A stretch of 64,000 bases of DNA. Source: Patescibacteria group bacterium (lineage in GTDB: Bacteria > Patescibacteriota > Minisyncoccia > Phycocordibacterales > Phycocordibacteraceae). The translations under genes and the position numbers were made by a program. The notes under the pieces are model-generated. The model was not told the origin of the DNA and made no database searches. It saw only the letters and a list, made by a program, of their open reading frames with translations. Positions 1-9,723 of this stretch are shown here, piece after piece. The first letter of the stretch is position 1, and each line of letters opens with the position of its first letter. The stretch spans positions 176 to 64,175 of the forward strand of contig JAGWVF010000006.1 in the NCBI GenBank assembly GCA_018971045.1. Direction: 5' to 3'.

Positions 1-1101
1 GTTGGCCAGCGGCCGATATACAACCAACTTCTCGACGATATCCGTTGTGGCAAGTTCAACGGTATCCTCACGTGGGCACCGGATCGATTAAGCCGCAACG
101 CAGGCGACCTCGGCGCGGTCGTGGATCTCTTGGATCAGAAGAAGCTGGTGGAGATCCGCACCTATACTCAGACCTTCACCAACAATCCGAACGAGAAGTT
201 CATGCTTATGATCCTCGGCTCGCAGGCGAAGCTCGAGAACGACCAGAAGATTATCAACGTGAAGCGCGGACTACGAGCACGATGTGAGATGGGATACCGC
301 CCCTGCACCGCGCCGACTGGCTACTTGAACGAAAAGGACCGAGACAAGAAGTGTCAGGTGCGCCTCGACCCGAAGCGAGCGATGACCGTGCGGCAGATGT
401 TCGAAAAGATCGGCAACGATGGGTGGAGCGGGCGACAGACCTATCGTTGGCTCCTCAAGATCGGCTTCAAGACACATACCGGGAAGCACCTCTCGCTCGC
501 AAACATCTATATCTGCCTCCGAAACCCCTTCTACTACGGCGAGTTCGAGTATCCGAAAGGGAGCGGCGAGTGGTATCAGGGCAGGCATGAACCACTCATC
601 TCGAAAGGGCTCTTTGAAAAGGTGCAGTGCAACCTGCAGGACCAGTACATTCCGAAGACCGAGAGCAAGGAGTTCGCCTTCACTCGGCTCATCAAATGTG
701 GCTCCTGCGGAAGCGGCATCACGGCCGACGAGAAGTTCAAAAAGCTGAAGGACGGCAGTGTGAACCGTCACGTCTATTATCGATGCACGAGGGCGCGGGA
801 TGTTGCGTGCAACAATGCTGCCGTCAATGAGACGCTGCTCATCGAAGAGCTCTTGAAGCTCCTCGATACTCTCGACCTCGATGAGATTGGTATGCGCGAA
901 AAGATCGAAGAAGAGATCGTTCGGTACAACAAGTTCCGCATGGGCGTGCTCGGTGCGAAGAAGAAGGATAAAGCGACCGCCATAGATATTCGCACTTACG
1001 CAAAGTATCTCCTCAAGGACGGCACGATTACCGAGAAGCGCGAGCTGCTGTCGTGTCTCAAGAGCCAGCTGGTGCTGAAGGATCGGAAGATCGTGCTTTA
1101 A
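1..1101 (+). CDS. large serine recombinase (site-specific recombinase/resolvase family), 5'-truncated by window edge
   Basis: Frame-1 translation from nt 1 reads ...GILTWAPDRLSRNAGDLGAVVDLL..., the resolvase catalytic-domain region. The ORF continues through a recombinase domain to a C-terminal Cys cluster (KCGSCGSG). No start codon in window. Confidence 0.8.
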   Translation, partial: VGQRPIYNQLLDDIRCGKFNGILTWAPDRLSRNAGDLGAVVDLLDQKKLVEIRTYTQTFTNNPNEKFMLMILGSQAKLENDQKIINVKRGLRARCEMGYRPCTAPTGYLNEKDRDKKCQVRLDPKRAMTVRQMFEKIGNDGWSGRQTYRWLLKIGFKTHTGKHLSLANIYICLRNPFYYGEFEYPKGSGEWYQGRHEPLISKGLFEKVQCNLQDQYIPKTESKEFAFTRLIKCGSCGSGITADEKFKKLKDGSVNRHVYYRCTRARDVACNNAAVNETLLIEELLKLLDTLDLDEIGMREKIEEEIVRYNKFRMGVLGAKKKDKATAIDIRTYAKYLLKDGTITEKRELLSCLKSQLVLKDRKIVL

Positions 1102-1117
1102 GGCTAAATTAACGAAA

Positions 1118-1150
1118 ACCGCTCTCACGACTGAGCGGCTTTCATTTTTC
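1118..1150 (+). terminator. rho-independent terminator after recombinase gene
   Basis: Stem CCGCTC...GAGCGG followed by CTTTCATTTTT T-tract. Confidence 0.5.
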
Positions 1151-1190
1151 AATCGTGAGCGAATTTTGCCTACCACGTTCGATTTCTAGT

Positions 1191-1262
1191 CGGGGCAGGT
1201 CTGTAGGAATCGAACCGGCGTGCTCGAACATGGCCCAAAAGGCCGAGGCACCTCGGTCACTT
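1191..1262 (-). other. degenerate tRNA-like fragment
   Basis: Minus strand contains a GGTTCGATTCC T-loop consensus and two short hairpins, but the T-stem and acceptor stem do not pair. Lies 15 nt from an intact tRNA. Confidence 0.3.
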
Positions 1263-1276
1263 GAATTAGCACTAGC

Positions 1277-1352
1277 TGGTGCCCTCGGCAGGAATCGAAC
1301 CTGCATCGTCAGCTCCGCAAGCTGATGTCCTATCCATTGAACGACGAGGGCG
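1277..1352 (-). tRNA. tRNA-Arg (anticodon GCG)
   Basis: Minus-strand cloverleaf: acceptor GCCCTCG/CGAGGGC, D-stem GTTC/GGAC, anticodon stem TCAGC/GCTGA with loop TTGCGGA, T-arm GCAGG-TTCGATT-CCTGC, encoded CCA. Confidence 0.8.
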
Positions 1353-1366
1353 TTCTTCACTATATA

Positions 1367-1867
1367 TCAGAATCCGAGCCACGCCGCCACCAGATCGGTA
1401 AAGGTGTGGCGGTGTTCATCCTCAACCACATGCTGAAGGAAGTAATCGTAAATGATGTCAGCGTCAACGCCTTCAAGCGGGATGATAAGATGCGGCGAGA
1501 GCCAGTTTTCGGTTTTAACCGAGATCATGGGGGGAAGCGTTCCTTCGATATCCTCAAGCACTGAAAAGGAGACCATTCGTTCAAAGGCGTGGAGATCGTT
1601 CCCGATCATGACGCCGTGCTCGACTAGTCTGAATCGGTGCAGTGGCGGCTGTTGGGCCGCGTGGAGCGCGAGCGCGACGGCCGCAAAGAGGATAAGGAGC
1701 GCGAGGAGGTAATTACTGAAGAGCGCCGCGGCGATCGCGCCCGCGACGGCAATGATACCGAGCGCCCAGTACCAGTCCGAGTCTTTCGGATTGTGGTCGT
1801 ACTCCCGCCCTTCCCATTCGAGGATCGCGTCGCGCTGGGGCATAGCATCATCATACCAGACCGGCAC
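1367..1867 (-). CDS. hypothetical membrane protein
   Basis: 166-aa ORF with hydrophobic segments (IIAVAGAIAAALFSNYLLALLILFAAVALAL); no recognisable family. Confidence 0.45.
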   Translation of the reverse strand: MPVWYDDAMPQRDAILEWEGREYDHNPKDSDWYWALGIIAVAGAIAAALFSNYLLALLILFAAVALALHAAQQPPLHRFRLVEHGVMIGNDLHAFERMVSFSVLEDIEGTLPPMISVKTENWLSPHLIIPLEGVDADIIYDYFLQHVVEDEHRHTFTDLVAAWLGF

Positions 1868-1973
1868 CGACGCTCAGCGGCGCACTGCACAAGTAAAGAT
1901 CGAATGGGGAAGGGGATTCACTTTTCCGATTTCGCATATGCCCGCGCAAGCTTTACTATAGAACCTATAGAGT

Positions 1974-4343
1974 ATGCAAAGCGGAATAACCAATGAAGAA
2001 GCGAGGGCGTATCTCGGCGCGCATGGCTACAACGAGATCGCAGAGCACAAGCCCTCATTGCTCGCGAAGTTGTCGAGACGCATCGTGTCGCCCATCAGCC
2101 TCATGCTCCTTGTCGCCGCCGTCCTTTCTTACGTCGAGGGGCAGGATTTCGACGGGAACTTCATTTTATTATTGCTCGCGCTTAATATCGCCGTTACGCT
2201 CTGGCAAGAGAAGAAGGCCGACACCGCCATTCAAGAATTAAATGCGCATCTTACCGCGGAGGTAAAAACCCTGCGCGACGGCGCATGGCAGAAGATCCCC
2301 GCCCGCCTTCTCGTGCCTCATGACGTTATCGAGTTGCGCGCGGGCGACGTCATACCGGCGGATACGTCAGTGCTCGAAGCGCACTCGGCTTCAGCGAATG
2401 AAGCGGCGCTTACCGGAGAATCCCTTCCGAAGGAAAAAAAGGCCGGAGACACTCTTTATTCCGGTTCTTTCGTCGCTTCAGGCATTATGACGGCGATGGT
2501 GTCGGCGACTGGCGGCGATACCTATTTCGGGAAAACGCTCGCCAAGATCGATACGGGTAATAAACGCAGTTCTCTTGAACGGCAGATATTGAGAATATCG
2601 CAGCTTCTCTCGTCGCTCGCGCTTCTCGCGGTACTCCTGTTGTCGGCGCTCCTCTGGCTTCGCCATACGCCGGTACTAGAAATCCTGCGCCTCGATCTCT
2701 CGCTCGTCATCGCGGGAATCCCCATCAGCCTCCCGACGGTCATGACGCTCATCATCGCGTTCGGAGTCATTGCACTCGCCAAAAAGGATGTAGTTGTTCG
2801 CCGCCTCTCGTCTCTCGAGGATCTCGCCGACACCGATTATCTGCTTACCGATAAAACCGGCACGTTAACCGAGAATAAGATTTCTGTCGGCGAGATCCTC
2901 GCCTATGGGCACCCCGAGGAGGAACTGCTTGGTCTCGCGGCCGCAGTCGCCGCAGAAGAGCCTGATTCGAGCATCAACCAGGCGATTCTCGCGAGAATGA
3001 AAGCGGCTCCAGTCACGCAGATCATATCCTTCGTACCCGGCGATTCAGACAGGAAGCGATCAACGCTGACGATGCAGACCGATGACGGCCCCGTCACGCT
3101 CTCTTTCGGCACGCCGCAAGTCATCATCGGACTTTCCAGCATCTCCGCTGAAAGGCGGAAGGAATTCGACGCCGACGTGAATGCGTTTGCGGAACGCGGA
3201 TACCGTTCACTGGCGCTTGCTCGGGTGCGAGGGGAGAGAGAATCGGATATGGAACTCCTCGGACTGATTGGACTCTCGGACACTCTGCGCGCTGACGCGA
3301 AGGACGCCATATCCTTTCTTGCGGACAACGGAGTCGGAGTCTCGATGGTTACGGGCGATAATCGCGCTATTGCAAAAGAAATAGCCGGTACGCTCTCCAT
3401 CCCCGGCGCCCGCATCGAAACGCCGGAAACGCGTCCGGCGGGCGGATGGGGGGCTCTCTCCAAGGATGCGTTTGAAGGCACTCAAGCGTTCGCCGAGATA
3501 CTTCCAGAGGACAAATACGAGCTTGTAAAATCCGCGAAACGCTTCTACACGGTCGCGGCGAATGGCGACGGAGTGAACGATCTTCCGGCCGTGAAAGAGG
3601 CGCATGTCGGCTTCGCGGTGAAGAATGCGGTTGACGCGCTCAAGGGCGCGGCCGACATCGTGCTCCTTTCAGACGGCATCGCGGTCATGCGGGACGCCTT
3701 CATCGAGGGGCGCAAGATTTTCATGCGTCTATACGCGTATTCCATATATCGGATCTCGGAAAGCTTCCGGCTCATCGTGACCATCGCGGTTCTCGGATTT
3801 TTTGTCGGCACCTATCCGCTCTCGCCGCTCCAGCTCATTCTCATCGCGCTTTTGAACGATATTCCCATCATCTCTCTCGGGGGAGATCGGGTTCAGATCG
3901 CGAATCGTCCGTCAAAGCTCAACGTCAAGGAGCAATTTTCCCTGAGCATCCTCTTCGGTCTGGTCGGCGTCGCGAACAGCCTCCTCCTCTATTTCGTTAC
4001 CTTCAATCTCCTGCACCTTCCGCTTCCGGTCGTGCAGACCATGTTTTTCCTGAAGCTGACCGTATCGGGGCACCTGCTCATCTATGTCGCGCACACGAAA
4101 GAGCGGTGGTGGCGCTATCTGCCGAGCGCGGCCGTCATCATCGCGACCCTCGTTACGCAGGTCATCGCGACCGTCTTAGCGGTGAGCGGGGCGCTCATGC
4201 CCGCCGCCATTCCTGTCAGCTTCGCGATCTTCGTCTGGATCTGGTCGCTGTGTTTCATGCAGATCAGCGAGCTGATAAAGATCGCGCGCCGGCCATTGCA
4301 AAATCAGCACGGTATCGGCCCGGGTTTTTACCAGAAAAGCTAA
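1974..4343 (+). CDS. cation-transporting P-type ATPase (Mg2+/H+-type)
   Basis: 789 aa; DKTGTLT phosphorylation motif, MVTGDN and GDGVNDLPAV motifs, multiple TM segments. Confidence 0.9.
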   Translation: MQSGITNEEARAYLGAHGYNEIAEHKPSLLAKLSRRIVSPISLMLLVAAVLSYVEGQDFDGNFILLLLALNIAVTLWQEKKADTAIQELNAHLTAEVKTLRDGAWQKIPARLLVPHDVIELRAGDVIPADTSVLEAHSASANEAALTGESLPKEKKAGDTLYSGSFVASGIMTAMVSATGGDTYFGKTLAKIDTGNKRSSLERQILRISQLLSSLALLAVLLLSALLWLRHTPVLEILRLDLSLVIAGIPISLPTVMTLIIAFGVIALAKKDVVVRRLSSLEDLADTDYLLTDKTGTLTENKISVGEILAYGHPEEELLGLAAAVAAEEPDSSINQAILARMKAAPVTQIISFVPGDSDRKRSTLTMQTDDGPVTLSFGTPQVIIGLSSISAERRKEFDADVNAFAERGYRSLALARVRGERESDMELLGLIGLSDTLRADAKDAISFLADNGVGVSMVTGDNRAIAKEIAGTLSIPGARIETPETRPAGGWGALSKDAFEGTQAFAEILPEDKYELVKSAKRFYTVAANGDGVNDLPAVKEAHVGFAVKNAVDALKGAADIVLLSDGIAVMRDAFIEGRKIFMRLYAYSIYRISESFRLIVTIAVLGFFVGTYPLSPLQLILIALLNDIPIISLGGDRVQIANRPSKLNVKEQFSLSILFGLVGVANSLLLYFVTFNLLHLPLPVVQTMFFLKLTVSGHLLIYVAHTKERWWRYLPSAAVIIATLVTQVIATVLAVSGALMPAAIPVSFAIFVWIWSLCFMQISELIKIARRPLQNQHGIGPGFYQKS

Positions 4344-4405
4344 CGTTGACTTAGCCGCCTATTTTCGGCATATTTACATTAGATTCAACAACCGAGGAGT
4401 CTACT

Positions 4406-5023
4406 ATGCTCAAGATTTACCTCGCTCGACACGGGCAGAACGAAGACAATGCCAACGGGATTCTTAACGGCCATCGTGACTTGCCACTAACTGAGCTTGG
4501 GCGGCGACAAGCCCAAAATCTTGCCGACGGCATCAAAGAAGTCGGGTTGTCGTTTGACGTGATCTACGCCTCGCCGCTTAGTCGCGCATACGATACGGCT
4601 GTCGTAGTTACGAATACTCTCGCTCTTTCAAAACCAGAAGTGTTGCCGAGTATTATCGAACGCGACTTCGGCATCATGACCGGCAAGCCGGCGGCTGACA
4701 TCGAGAAGTACTGCGGGCCGGAGGTCGTGAAGACAAATACGATCACCTACTTTCTGTCGCCTGAAGGTGCAGAGACATTTCCGGTATTGTTTGAACGCGC
4801 CAGACAAGCGCTAGCTGATATCCATGCGAAGCATTCAGATGGTTCGGCGCTGTTGGTCACGCACGGCGACATCGGAAAAATGCTCTACGCGGCGTATTAC
4901 GACGTGCCGTGGATGAACGTCCTCTCGATGTTCCACTTCGGCAATTCAGAATTACTTCTGCTCGCACAGGACTCGAGTGTGGGAGACGCGCACGTCATCC
5001 ATATCGAGCAGTTCAATCATTGA
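4406..5023 (+). CDS. histidine phosphatase family protein (phosphoglycerate mutase-like)
   Basis: N-terminal LARHGQNEDN (RHG catalytic motif), LVTHGD second His motif; good SD GAGGAG upstream. Confidence 0.8.
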   Translation: MLKIYLARHGQNEDNANGILNGHRDLPLTELGRRQAQNLADGIKEVGLSFDVIYASPLSRAYDTAVVVTNTLALSKPEVLPSIIERDFGIMTGKPAADIEKYCGPEVVKTNTITYFLSPEGAETFPVLFERARQALADIHAKHSDGSALLVTHGDIGKMLYAAYYDVPWMNVLSMFHFGNSELLLLAQDSSVGDAHVIHIEQFNH

Positions 5024-5127
5024 ATTTTCTTCAACTTGCCGCGTAATTCCGCGGCATTTCTTTTAGGCTTCGTAACGGCTTAATTACATCATAGGCATCG
5101 ACCGCATAGCACGCGATCGCGTTCCTG

Positions 5128-5212
5128 CGGAGGGGGCGAGATTCGAACTCGCGGTACCTTTCGGTACGGTGGTTTTCAAGACCACTGCACTAGACCACTA
5201 TGCGACCCCTCC
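5128..5212 (-). tRNA. tRNA-Ser (anticodon TGA)
   Basis: Minus strand: acceptor GGAGGGG/CCCCTCC, anticodon stem GTGGT/ACCAC loop CTTGAAA, long variable arm GTACC-GAAA-GGTAC, T-arm GCGAG-TTCGAAT-CTCGC. Confidence 0.85.
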
Positions 5213-5217
5213 CTTAT

Positions 5218-5490
5218 TTATTTCGACTCCGGTGGTGATGAGCTTACCGCAGAAGAGGGTGAACGAGAAGAAGGGTTGCGGAACCAGATGAGATACACCA
5301 CTTCGAGAATGCCGAGAGAATTGACGATCAGCATCGCGATGAACCAACCCTTTTGCGAATTGCGTGCGGCGTGCCAGAGCGCGAAGCCTTTTATAACGAT
5401 CGTCCAGACGACAATGATCGCGAGAAAGGGGAGGAGGGTAACGAGAAACGTCTGCGCAAACGGAGAATAAAGAGGGGAGAAGTCGTGCAT
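5218..5490 (-). CDS. small membrane protein, PLD-nuclease N-terminal (PLDc_N)-like
   Basis: 90 aa, two TM helices, ALWHAARNSQKGWFIAMLIV motif typical of PLDc_N small proteins. Confidence 0.5.
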   Translation of the reverse strand: MHDFSPLYSPFAQTFLVTLLPFLAIIVVWTIVIKGFALWHAARNSQKGWFIAMLIVNSLGILEVVYLIWFRNPSSRSPSSAVSSSPPESK

Positions 5491-5519
5491 ATGCGCGCAT
5501 TATACCATACACTCTAGCT

Positions 5520-5948
5520 ATGCGATACCTCGGCGTTGATTATGGGAGCAAGAAGGTCGGTCTCGCGCTCTCGGATGAGGCGGGGGCGATGGGATTCCCG
5601 CATACCATTATCGCGAATACGCCACGCCTCCTCGATGAACTCTGTGCGCTCATCGCGCGGGAAGGTGTCGGTGCGGTGGTCGTCGGCGAGTCGCGCTCTC
5701 TCGCGGGCGGCGAGAATCCGATAGCGGAGGACGCCCGCGCGCTCGGCGGCGCGCTCGGCGAGCGCGCCGGTGTCCCGATCTATTTTGAATCTGAAGTGTT
5801 CACGAGCGCCGAGGCGCGCCGGACACCTGAAAAAGAGCCGAAGTCGCGCGCGCCGAAGAAGCGCGATGCCGTCGATGCGAGAGCGGCCGCGCTTATCCTT
5901 ACCAGTTATCTTACCCGTACCTATGGACAAACCGCGCATAACGATTGA
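5520..5948 (+). CDS. ruvX: Holliday junction resolvase-like RuvX/YqgF (pre-16S rRNA nuclease)
   Basis: MRYLGVDYGSKKVGLALSD N-terminus characteristic of YqgF/RuvX. Confidence 0.85.
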   Translation: MRYLGVDYGSKKVGLALSDEAGAMGFPHTIIANTPRLLDELCALIAREGVGAVVVGESRSLAGGENPIAEDARALGGALGERAGVPIYFESEVFTSAEARRTPEKEPKSRAPKKRDAVDARAAALILTSYLTRTYGQTAHND

Positions 5949-6264
5949 TGAATTGAGCACGATACAGGTGCAGGTCGGGACGGTCGTGAGCGCCGAGCGC
6001 GTCCCCGAGACGGATAAGCTGCTACGGCTCATGGTCGACTTCGGCGAGGCGGGCGGGCCGCGCCAGATCGTCTCGGGTATCGCGGCGTACGTGGCCGACC
6101 CCGCCTCGCTTGCCGGTCGACAGCTCGCTTTTGTCACCAATCTTGAACCGCGCACGATTAGAGGCCTCGAGAGCAACGGAATGCTTTTTGCTGTTGGCGC
6201 TGACGAGACATTCGCGTTTCTCGCGCCTGATCGCTCCGTGCCGCCCGGCACCAGTGCACACTAA
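5923..6264 (+). CDS. tRNA-binding domain protein (CsaA/Trbp111-like; MetRS C-terminal-domain homologue)
   Basis: 113 aa starting MDKPRITIDELSTIQVQVGTVV...; OB-fold tRNA-binding (Myf) domain signature; overlaps ruvX 3' end. Confidence 0.75.
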   Translation: MDKPRITIDELSTIQVQVGTVVSAERVPETDKLLRLMVDFGEAGGPRQIVSGIAAYVADPASLAGRQLAFVTNLEPRTIRGLESNGMLFAVGADETFAFLAPDRSVPPGTSAH

Positions 6265-6303
6265 ACATACGCGGTATCGAGCGGCGCACGGTATACTGGC
6301 GCT

Positions 6304-7407
6304 ATGTCCTTTGTGACGAATAAGCGGATACGTTCTGCCTTTGCTCCGCCGCGTTATCTCGCGGCGCCGTTGTCGGGCATCGATCTCTCGACGAGCGGAG
6401 TGAAGGCCGTGCGCCTTAATGCCGGACCTCAAGGGCTTACGCTCGCGAGCTATACCGCCGAGACGCGATTCACTTCAATGGGCGCGTATTCTGACGGTGA
6501 AATCACGGATCGCCCGGCCGTCGTCGCGGCGCTTTCCGCGGCGGCAAAGATGACCGGCATCACGGCGGCGAACGCGGCGCTTCCGGAATCAAAATCGTAT
6601 CTCTTTGAGACGACCGCGATCGGCAGAAAGCGGAGCGAGTGGCGCATCGCCGCAGAACAGCATCTCGAGGAGCTCATTCCGCTCCCGCCGCTTGAGGCCG
6701 CTTTCGATATTGTCGGTTTTGGGCAGGGGAAACAGGATGATGTCCGCATCGCGGGTATCGGCTTCGCCAAACGAATCGTTGACGACACGCTGTCGGCCTT
6801 TGACGAGGCGCGCATCGAGCTGCGCTCGCTCGAGGCGGAGCAGTTCGCGCTCGCTCGGGCGCTCCTTCCGGTCGGAGATACCTCGACCGCGCTTCTCATT
6901 GATCTTGGAAAGACGACGACAAAATTAGCTATCGTGGAGAAGCGCATCCCCTTTTTCGCGACGACGATCGGGATCGGCGGCCACGCGCTCACGCTCGCGG
7001 TCCAGAAACACTTCGGAGTAACTGAGACTGAGGCGCGCCGAGTGAAAGCCGAGCGCGGGATCGTGCCCGTACCGGGCAATGAAGACTATCTCGCGGCGAT
7101 GCTCTCGACGGTATCGGCTATCCGCGATGAAATCGCGCGCCGGCTCGACTATTGGAAGGAGCGCGTGATTACCTCGGGGCTTCATGAGCCGGTATCCCAC
7201 GCGATACTCGCGGGAGGCAACGCCTCCGTGCGGGGGCTTACGGAGTATCTGGAAGGGTCGCTCAGGATACCGGTGACTGCCGGAGACGTGTTCACTAATT
7301 TTGCGCCGCGCGATACGTGGATACCTCAGCTCGACTACAACGAGTCGCTCGCGTACGCGACGGCGATCGGCCTCGCGCTTCGCGATTACGCCATTCCGTA
7401 TGAATGA
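6304..7407 (+). CDS. pilM: type IV pilus assembly protein PilM (actin-like ATPase)
   Basis: 367 aa; GIDLSTSGVKAV N-terminal motif; followed by overlapping PilN/PilO-like membrane proteins. Confidence 0.75.
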   Translation: MSFVTNKRIRSAFAPPRYLAAPLSGIDLSTSGVKAVRLNAGPQGLTLASYTAETRFTSMGAYSDGEITDRPAVVAALSAAAKMTGITAANAALPESKSYLFETTAIGRKRSEWRIAAEQHLEELIPLPPLEAAFDIVGFGQGKQDDVRIAGIGFAKRIVDDTLSAFDEARIELRSLEAEQFALARALLPVGDTSTALLIDLGKTTTKLAIVEKRIPFFATTIGIGGHALTLAVQKHFGVTETEARRVKAERGIVPVPGNEDYLAAMLSTVSAIRDEIARRLDYWKERVITSGLHEPVSHAILAGGNASVRGLTEYLEGSLRIPVTAGDVFTNFAPRDTWIPQLDYNESLAYATAIGLALRDYAIPYE

Positions 7408-7972
7408 ATATCTGACTAATCTCTTGCCGATTGACCGCCAGAAAAAGCTGCGGCGAAGCTACTATCTGCGTCTCTTCGTTATGAGCGCCTTACTGCTTGC
7501 GCTCTTGTTCAGCGCCGCCGCCATACTCCTGTTCCCGACCTACCTGACGCTCTCAAGTAACGAGGATGCGAAGAGGGCGGAACTCGCTTCCGCGGAGAGC
7601 CGGCTTTCTTCGGCCGATGAGAAGGATCTCTCGACGCGGCTTGCATTGCTTACGGGCAACGCAAAAGTTCTGGAGACGCTCGCGACGGCGCCGTCACCGA
7701 GCCATCTCATCGGCTCCCTGCTCGCCGTCCCGCGCCCAGGAATCACCGTTTCCGGCTACGCTTATACGCCCGTTACGACGGCAAAAGGATCGACGAAGAA
7801 ACTCCCGGCGAGCATGAGCGTGACGGGCATGGCGGCGACTCGCGACGCGCTCCGCAACTACCAATTAGCGCTGCAAGAGGTTCCCTTCGTGTCCGTTGCG
7901 GCGCTGCCGGTTTCAGCGTATGCGCAGAGCACCGATATTTTCTTCACTATTACGCTCACCCTTACGCCATGA
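7400..7972 (+). CDS. PilN-like fimbrial assembly membrane protein
   Basis: Start MNEYLTNLLPIDRQKKLRR then a single TM; 8-bp overlap with pilM; position in pilMNO-like operon. Confidence 0.55.
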   Translation: MNEYLTNLLPIDRQKKLRRSYYLRLFVMSALLLALLFSAAAILLFPTYLTLSSNEDAKRAELASAESRLSSADEKDLSTRLALLTGNAKVLETLATAPSPSHLIGSLLAVPRPGITVSGYAYTPVTTAKGSTKKLPASMSVTGMAATRDALRNYQLALQEVPFVSVAALPVSAYAQSTDIFFTITLTLTP

Positions 7973-8571
7973 AATCCTTTCTCGCTCAAGGCATCATCGC
8001 GCTCCTCGTGTGCGGCGGAGCGGCGATCGGCTTTTGGGTGTGGTACGGCATGATCGAAGCGAAGAGCGCGAGCGTAGCCGCGCTCGAGCAGCAGATACAG
8101 CAGGATGCAGATACCGAGAGCCGCGTTGCCGCGGCGCGCGCCTCGCTCGCCGAGATTTCTCAAGATGAGGCGAATATTCGGAGCTACTTCATCTCAGAAG
8201 TCGATGTCGCCTCATTTAATGATGCGCTTGAAACACAGCGCCATGCGCCGGGGGCAACGGTGAAGGTCGTCTCCGTGAGCCGGGGCGGTCCAGGCGCCCA
8301 GTCGACACTGCTGTTCTCGCTGTCGATTGACGGAGCCTTTGACGCCGTGATGCGCACCATCGGCATGATCGAATACGCTCCCTTTGCGGTAACCGTATCG
8401 GGGCTGAATCTCGCACATGCCGACACGACCGGAAAGACGAGTCTCTGGCACGCCGATCTCTCGCTTATCGTGAATACCGTTTCCGCGTCCTCGACGGCCG
8501 GTACCGCGCTCGCGACACCATCGTTCGCGGCCACGACCTCGCCTCTCTTTATCGCCACCAGCACGCCATGA
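7969..8571 (+). CDS. PilO-like membrane protein
   Basis: N-terminal TM, coiled-coil region; 4-bp overlap with upstream gene. Confidence 0.5.
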   Translation: MKSFLAQGIIALLVCGGAAIGFWVWYGMIEAKSASVAALEQQIQQDADTESRVAAARASLAEISQDEANIRSYFISEVDVASFNDALETQRHAPGATVKVVSVSRGGPGAQSTLLFSLSIDGAFDAVMRTIGMIEYAPFAVTVSGLNLAHADTTGKTSLWHADLSLIVNTVSASSTAGTALATPSFAATTSPLFIATSTP

Positions 8572-8882
8572 ACATGAATACGATCCGCCGCCTGAATACC
8601 GTATTAAAGCGCCTACGCCGCAACGCGCCCGGAGACCCGGGGCGCGATTGGCTCATGCTTATGACGCTCTTCCTCATCGCGTTTGCCGCGATTCTCGTAT
8701 GGGCCGCCTGGGCATTCGACACCGTCTCGCGCGGCGGCACGATCGGGTCGAGCGCGATCGAGACGCCGCCGATCTTCGACAAATCATCGCTCGCGGCTAT
8801 CCGCACGACATTTGAGAAGCGCGCCGCCGAAGAGGCGAAATACGAGACAGGCGCCTATCATTTCATCGACCCTTCGCAATAA
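8568..8882 (+). CDS. hypothetical membrane protein (pilus-operon associated)
   Basis: 104 aa, one TM (LMLMTLFLIAFAAILVWAAWAF); translationally coupled to upstream gene. Confidence 0.4.
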   Translation: MNMNTIRRLNTVLKRLRRNAPGDPGRDWLMLMTLFLIAFAAILVWAAWAFDTVSRGGTIGSSAIETPPIFDKSSLAAIRTTFEKRAAEEAKYETGAYHFIDPSQ

Positions 8883-8965
8883 GCGCAGAGCCAAGCTTTC
8901 TCCCATCTCGCTCGCTTGGTAGTAGACGCGTGATAGGGTAGGGTGGAGAAGCGCCTCGCGCACTC

Positions 8966-9040
8966 GCCCCTATAGCTCAATGGATAGAGCTGCGGACTTC
9001 TAAGCCGTCGATGTTGGTTCGATTCCAGCTAGGGGCACCA
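8966..9040 (+). tRNA. tRNA-Arg (anticodon TCT)
   Basis: Acceptor GCCCCTA/TAGGGGC, D-arm GCTC-AATGGATA-GAGC, anticodon loop CTTCTAA, T-arm GTTGG-TTCGATT-CCAGC, encoded CCA. Confidence 0.8.
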
Positions 9041-9048
9041 AATAACTT

Positions 9049-9723
9049 ATGGCGATTTCTATAAAGAAAGCACGGATCCCTTTTTATCCTAATCTCAAGG
9101 ATAACCTGCACTGTTTTCAGTCTGCGCTGAAAATGGTTTTTGCTGTTTTTGAAAATAAATTTTATTCATATACATATCTTGATCAAATAACCGGATATAA
9201 AAAAAATAATTTGACTTGGGATACGACGGCGCTCTTATTTCTTGCAGAAAACGGCTATACGGTGATCAAAATTAGCACCTTTGATTACCCCGCCTTTGCT
9301 TCCGAAGGGACGAGCTACCTGAAGAAGTTCTGGCGCTCTGACGTGTATACAACACAGGCGAAGTTCTCAAATTTTCAGCGGGAACGACGGATCGTCACTC
9401 GACTTATTAAGGATAAGCGCATACGCCTTAAGATACGCAAGCCGACTCTCGCCCTTGTCTCCGCGTATCTTCAAGAGGGGTGGCTCGCAATAGCTCATAT
9501 TGATGTTTCCATTCTCGATAATACAAAGAATTACAGCCCCCATTCGATAGTCATTACTGACGTGCGGCCAACGCGGGTGTCGTTCCATGATCCGGGGCTT
9601 CCTCCCGAAGAAAATCGATCAGTATCCAGAAAGGCGTTTGATCAAGCACTCCGAATCGGAGAAGTCATTCTCATCAAGAAGCCCGGAGCTCTTAAAAAAC
9701 ATCTCTCGCATCGCGGGACATAA
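9049..9723 (+). CDS. hypothetical protein, possible papain-like/C39-like cysteine peptidase fold
   Basis: 224 aa, AT-rich; conserved-looking Cys (NLHCFQSAL) and His (HSIVITD) spaced as in C39-like/BtrH-N domains. Assignment by pattern only. Confidence 0.45.
   Translation: MAISIKKARIPFYPNLKDNLHCFQSALKMVFAVFENKFYSYTYLDQITGYKKNNLTWDTTALLFLAENGYTVIKISTFDYPAFASEGTSYLKKFWRSDVYTTQAKFSNFQRERRIVTRLIKDKRIRLKIRKPTLALVSAYLQEGWLAIAHIDVSILDNTKNYSPHSIVITDVRPTRVSFHDPGLPPEENRSVSRKAFDQALRIGEVILIKKPGALKKHLSHRGT

Noticed and set aside
271-1176. 301-aa minus-strand ORF
   Set aside because: Antisense to the serine recombinase gene.
1191-1262. tmRNA or intact second tRNA
   Set aside because: T-loop consensus present but no pairable acceptor or T-stem, no resume-codon region.
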